A stretch of DNA of 64,000 bases, from NCBI GenBank assembly GCA_963812275.1, contig CAWEUQ010000008.1, positions 122,104 through 186,103 of the forward strand, in the 5' to 3' direction. Shown piece by piece: positions 63,972 to 64,000 of the stretch (position 1 is the stretch's first letter; every line of letters begins with the position of its first letter). Both the position numbers and the translations under genes were made by a program. This DNA comes from an uncultured Alphaproteobacteria bacterium. Lineage in GTDB: Bacteria; Pseudomonadota; Alphaproteobacteria; Rhizobiales; Kaistiaceae. The notes beneath the pieces are model-generated. The model had not been told where the DNA came from. It made no database searches and saw only the letters and a program-made list of their open reading frames with translations.

Positions 63972-64000
63972 ATGCCTATTCTGACCGTTGGTCCCACCTC
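63972..64000 (+). CDS. Start of an unidentified gene (MPILTVGPT...), truncated by window end
   Basis: GAGGAG RBS upstream of ATG 63972; only 9 codons visible. Confidence 0.45.

Noticed and set aside
1-64000. CRISPR array, rRNA, prophage, integron integrase or recognisable anti-phage defence genes
   Set aside because: No regularly spaced short repeats, rRNA-like sequence, phage genes, tyrosine/serine recombinase or defence motifs were recognised.

Overview
High-GC alphaproteobacterial chromosome, most likely Hyphomicrobiales/Rhizobiales. This is inferred from the purN-purM / AI-2E-hdaA / ppk-ppx, gpt-cinA / sfsA-map-radC and MoxR-VWA-xdhC-mocA neighbourhoods. About 12 genes carry single-base frameshifts, which looks like long-read assembly error. 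The flanks (1-33 kb and 49.5-63.4 kb) are mostly core or metabolic: two sugar ABC transporters, polyphosphate metabolism, purine synthesis, PhoD, tRNA-Leu(TAA), HemN, GH15, ETF-QO, tartrate dehydrogenase and a Crp regulator. The accessory hotspot is 36.4-49.3 kb. It lies between two convergent transcription units that each have a sigma54-type promoter: the ATP-grasp/alpha-E/transglutaminase/Anbu operon on the left and usg plus a cyclophilin-like gene on the right. No integrase is present. Three resident gene 3' ends are duplicated: transglutaminase (44 bp), Anbu (~340 bp) and the cyclophilin-like gene (~275 bp). The copies differ almost only at synonymous positions and sit in two back-to-back fragment junctions with the same architecture. 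Three cargo cassettes are stacked between them: a GT2/FAD-oxidoreductase/GT2 glycan module, an RTX/Ig-like surface protein, and an AraC-linked set of secreted proteins (DUF1254/1214 plus two paralogues of a family I cannot name). All family assignments come from motif recognition by eye; no database searches were run.
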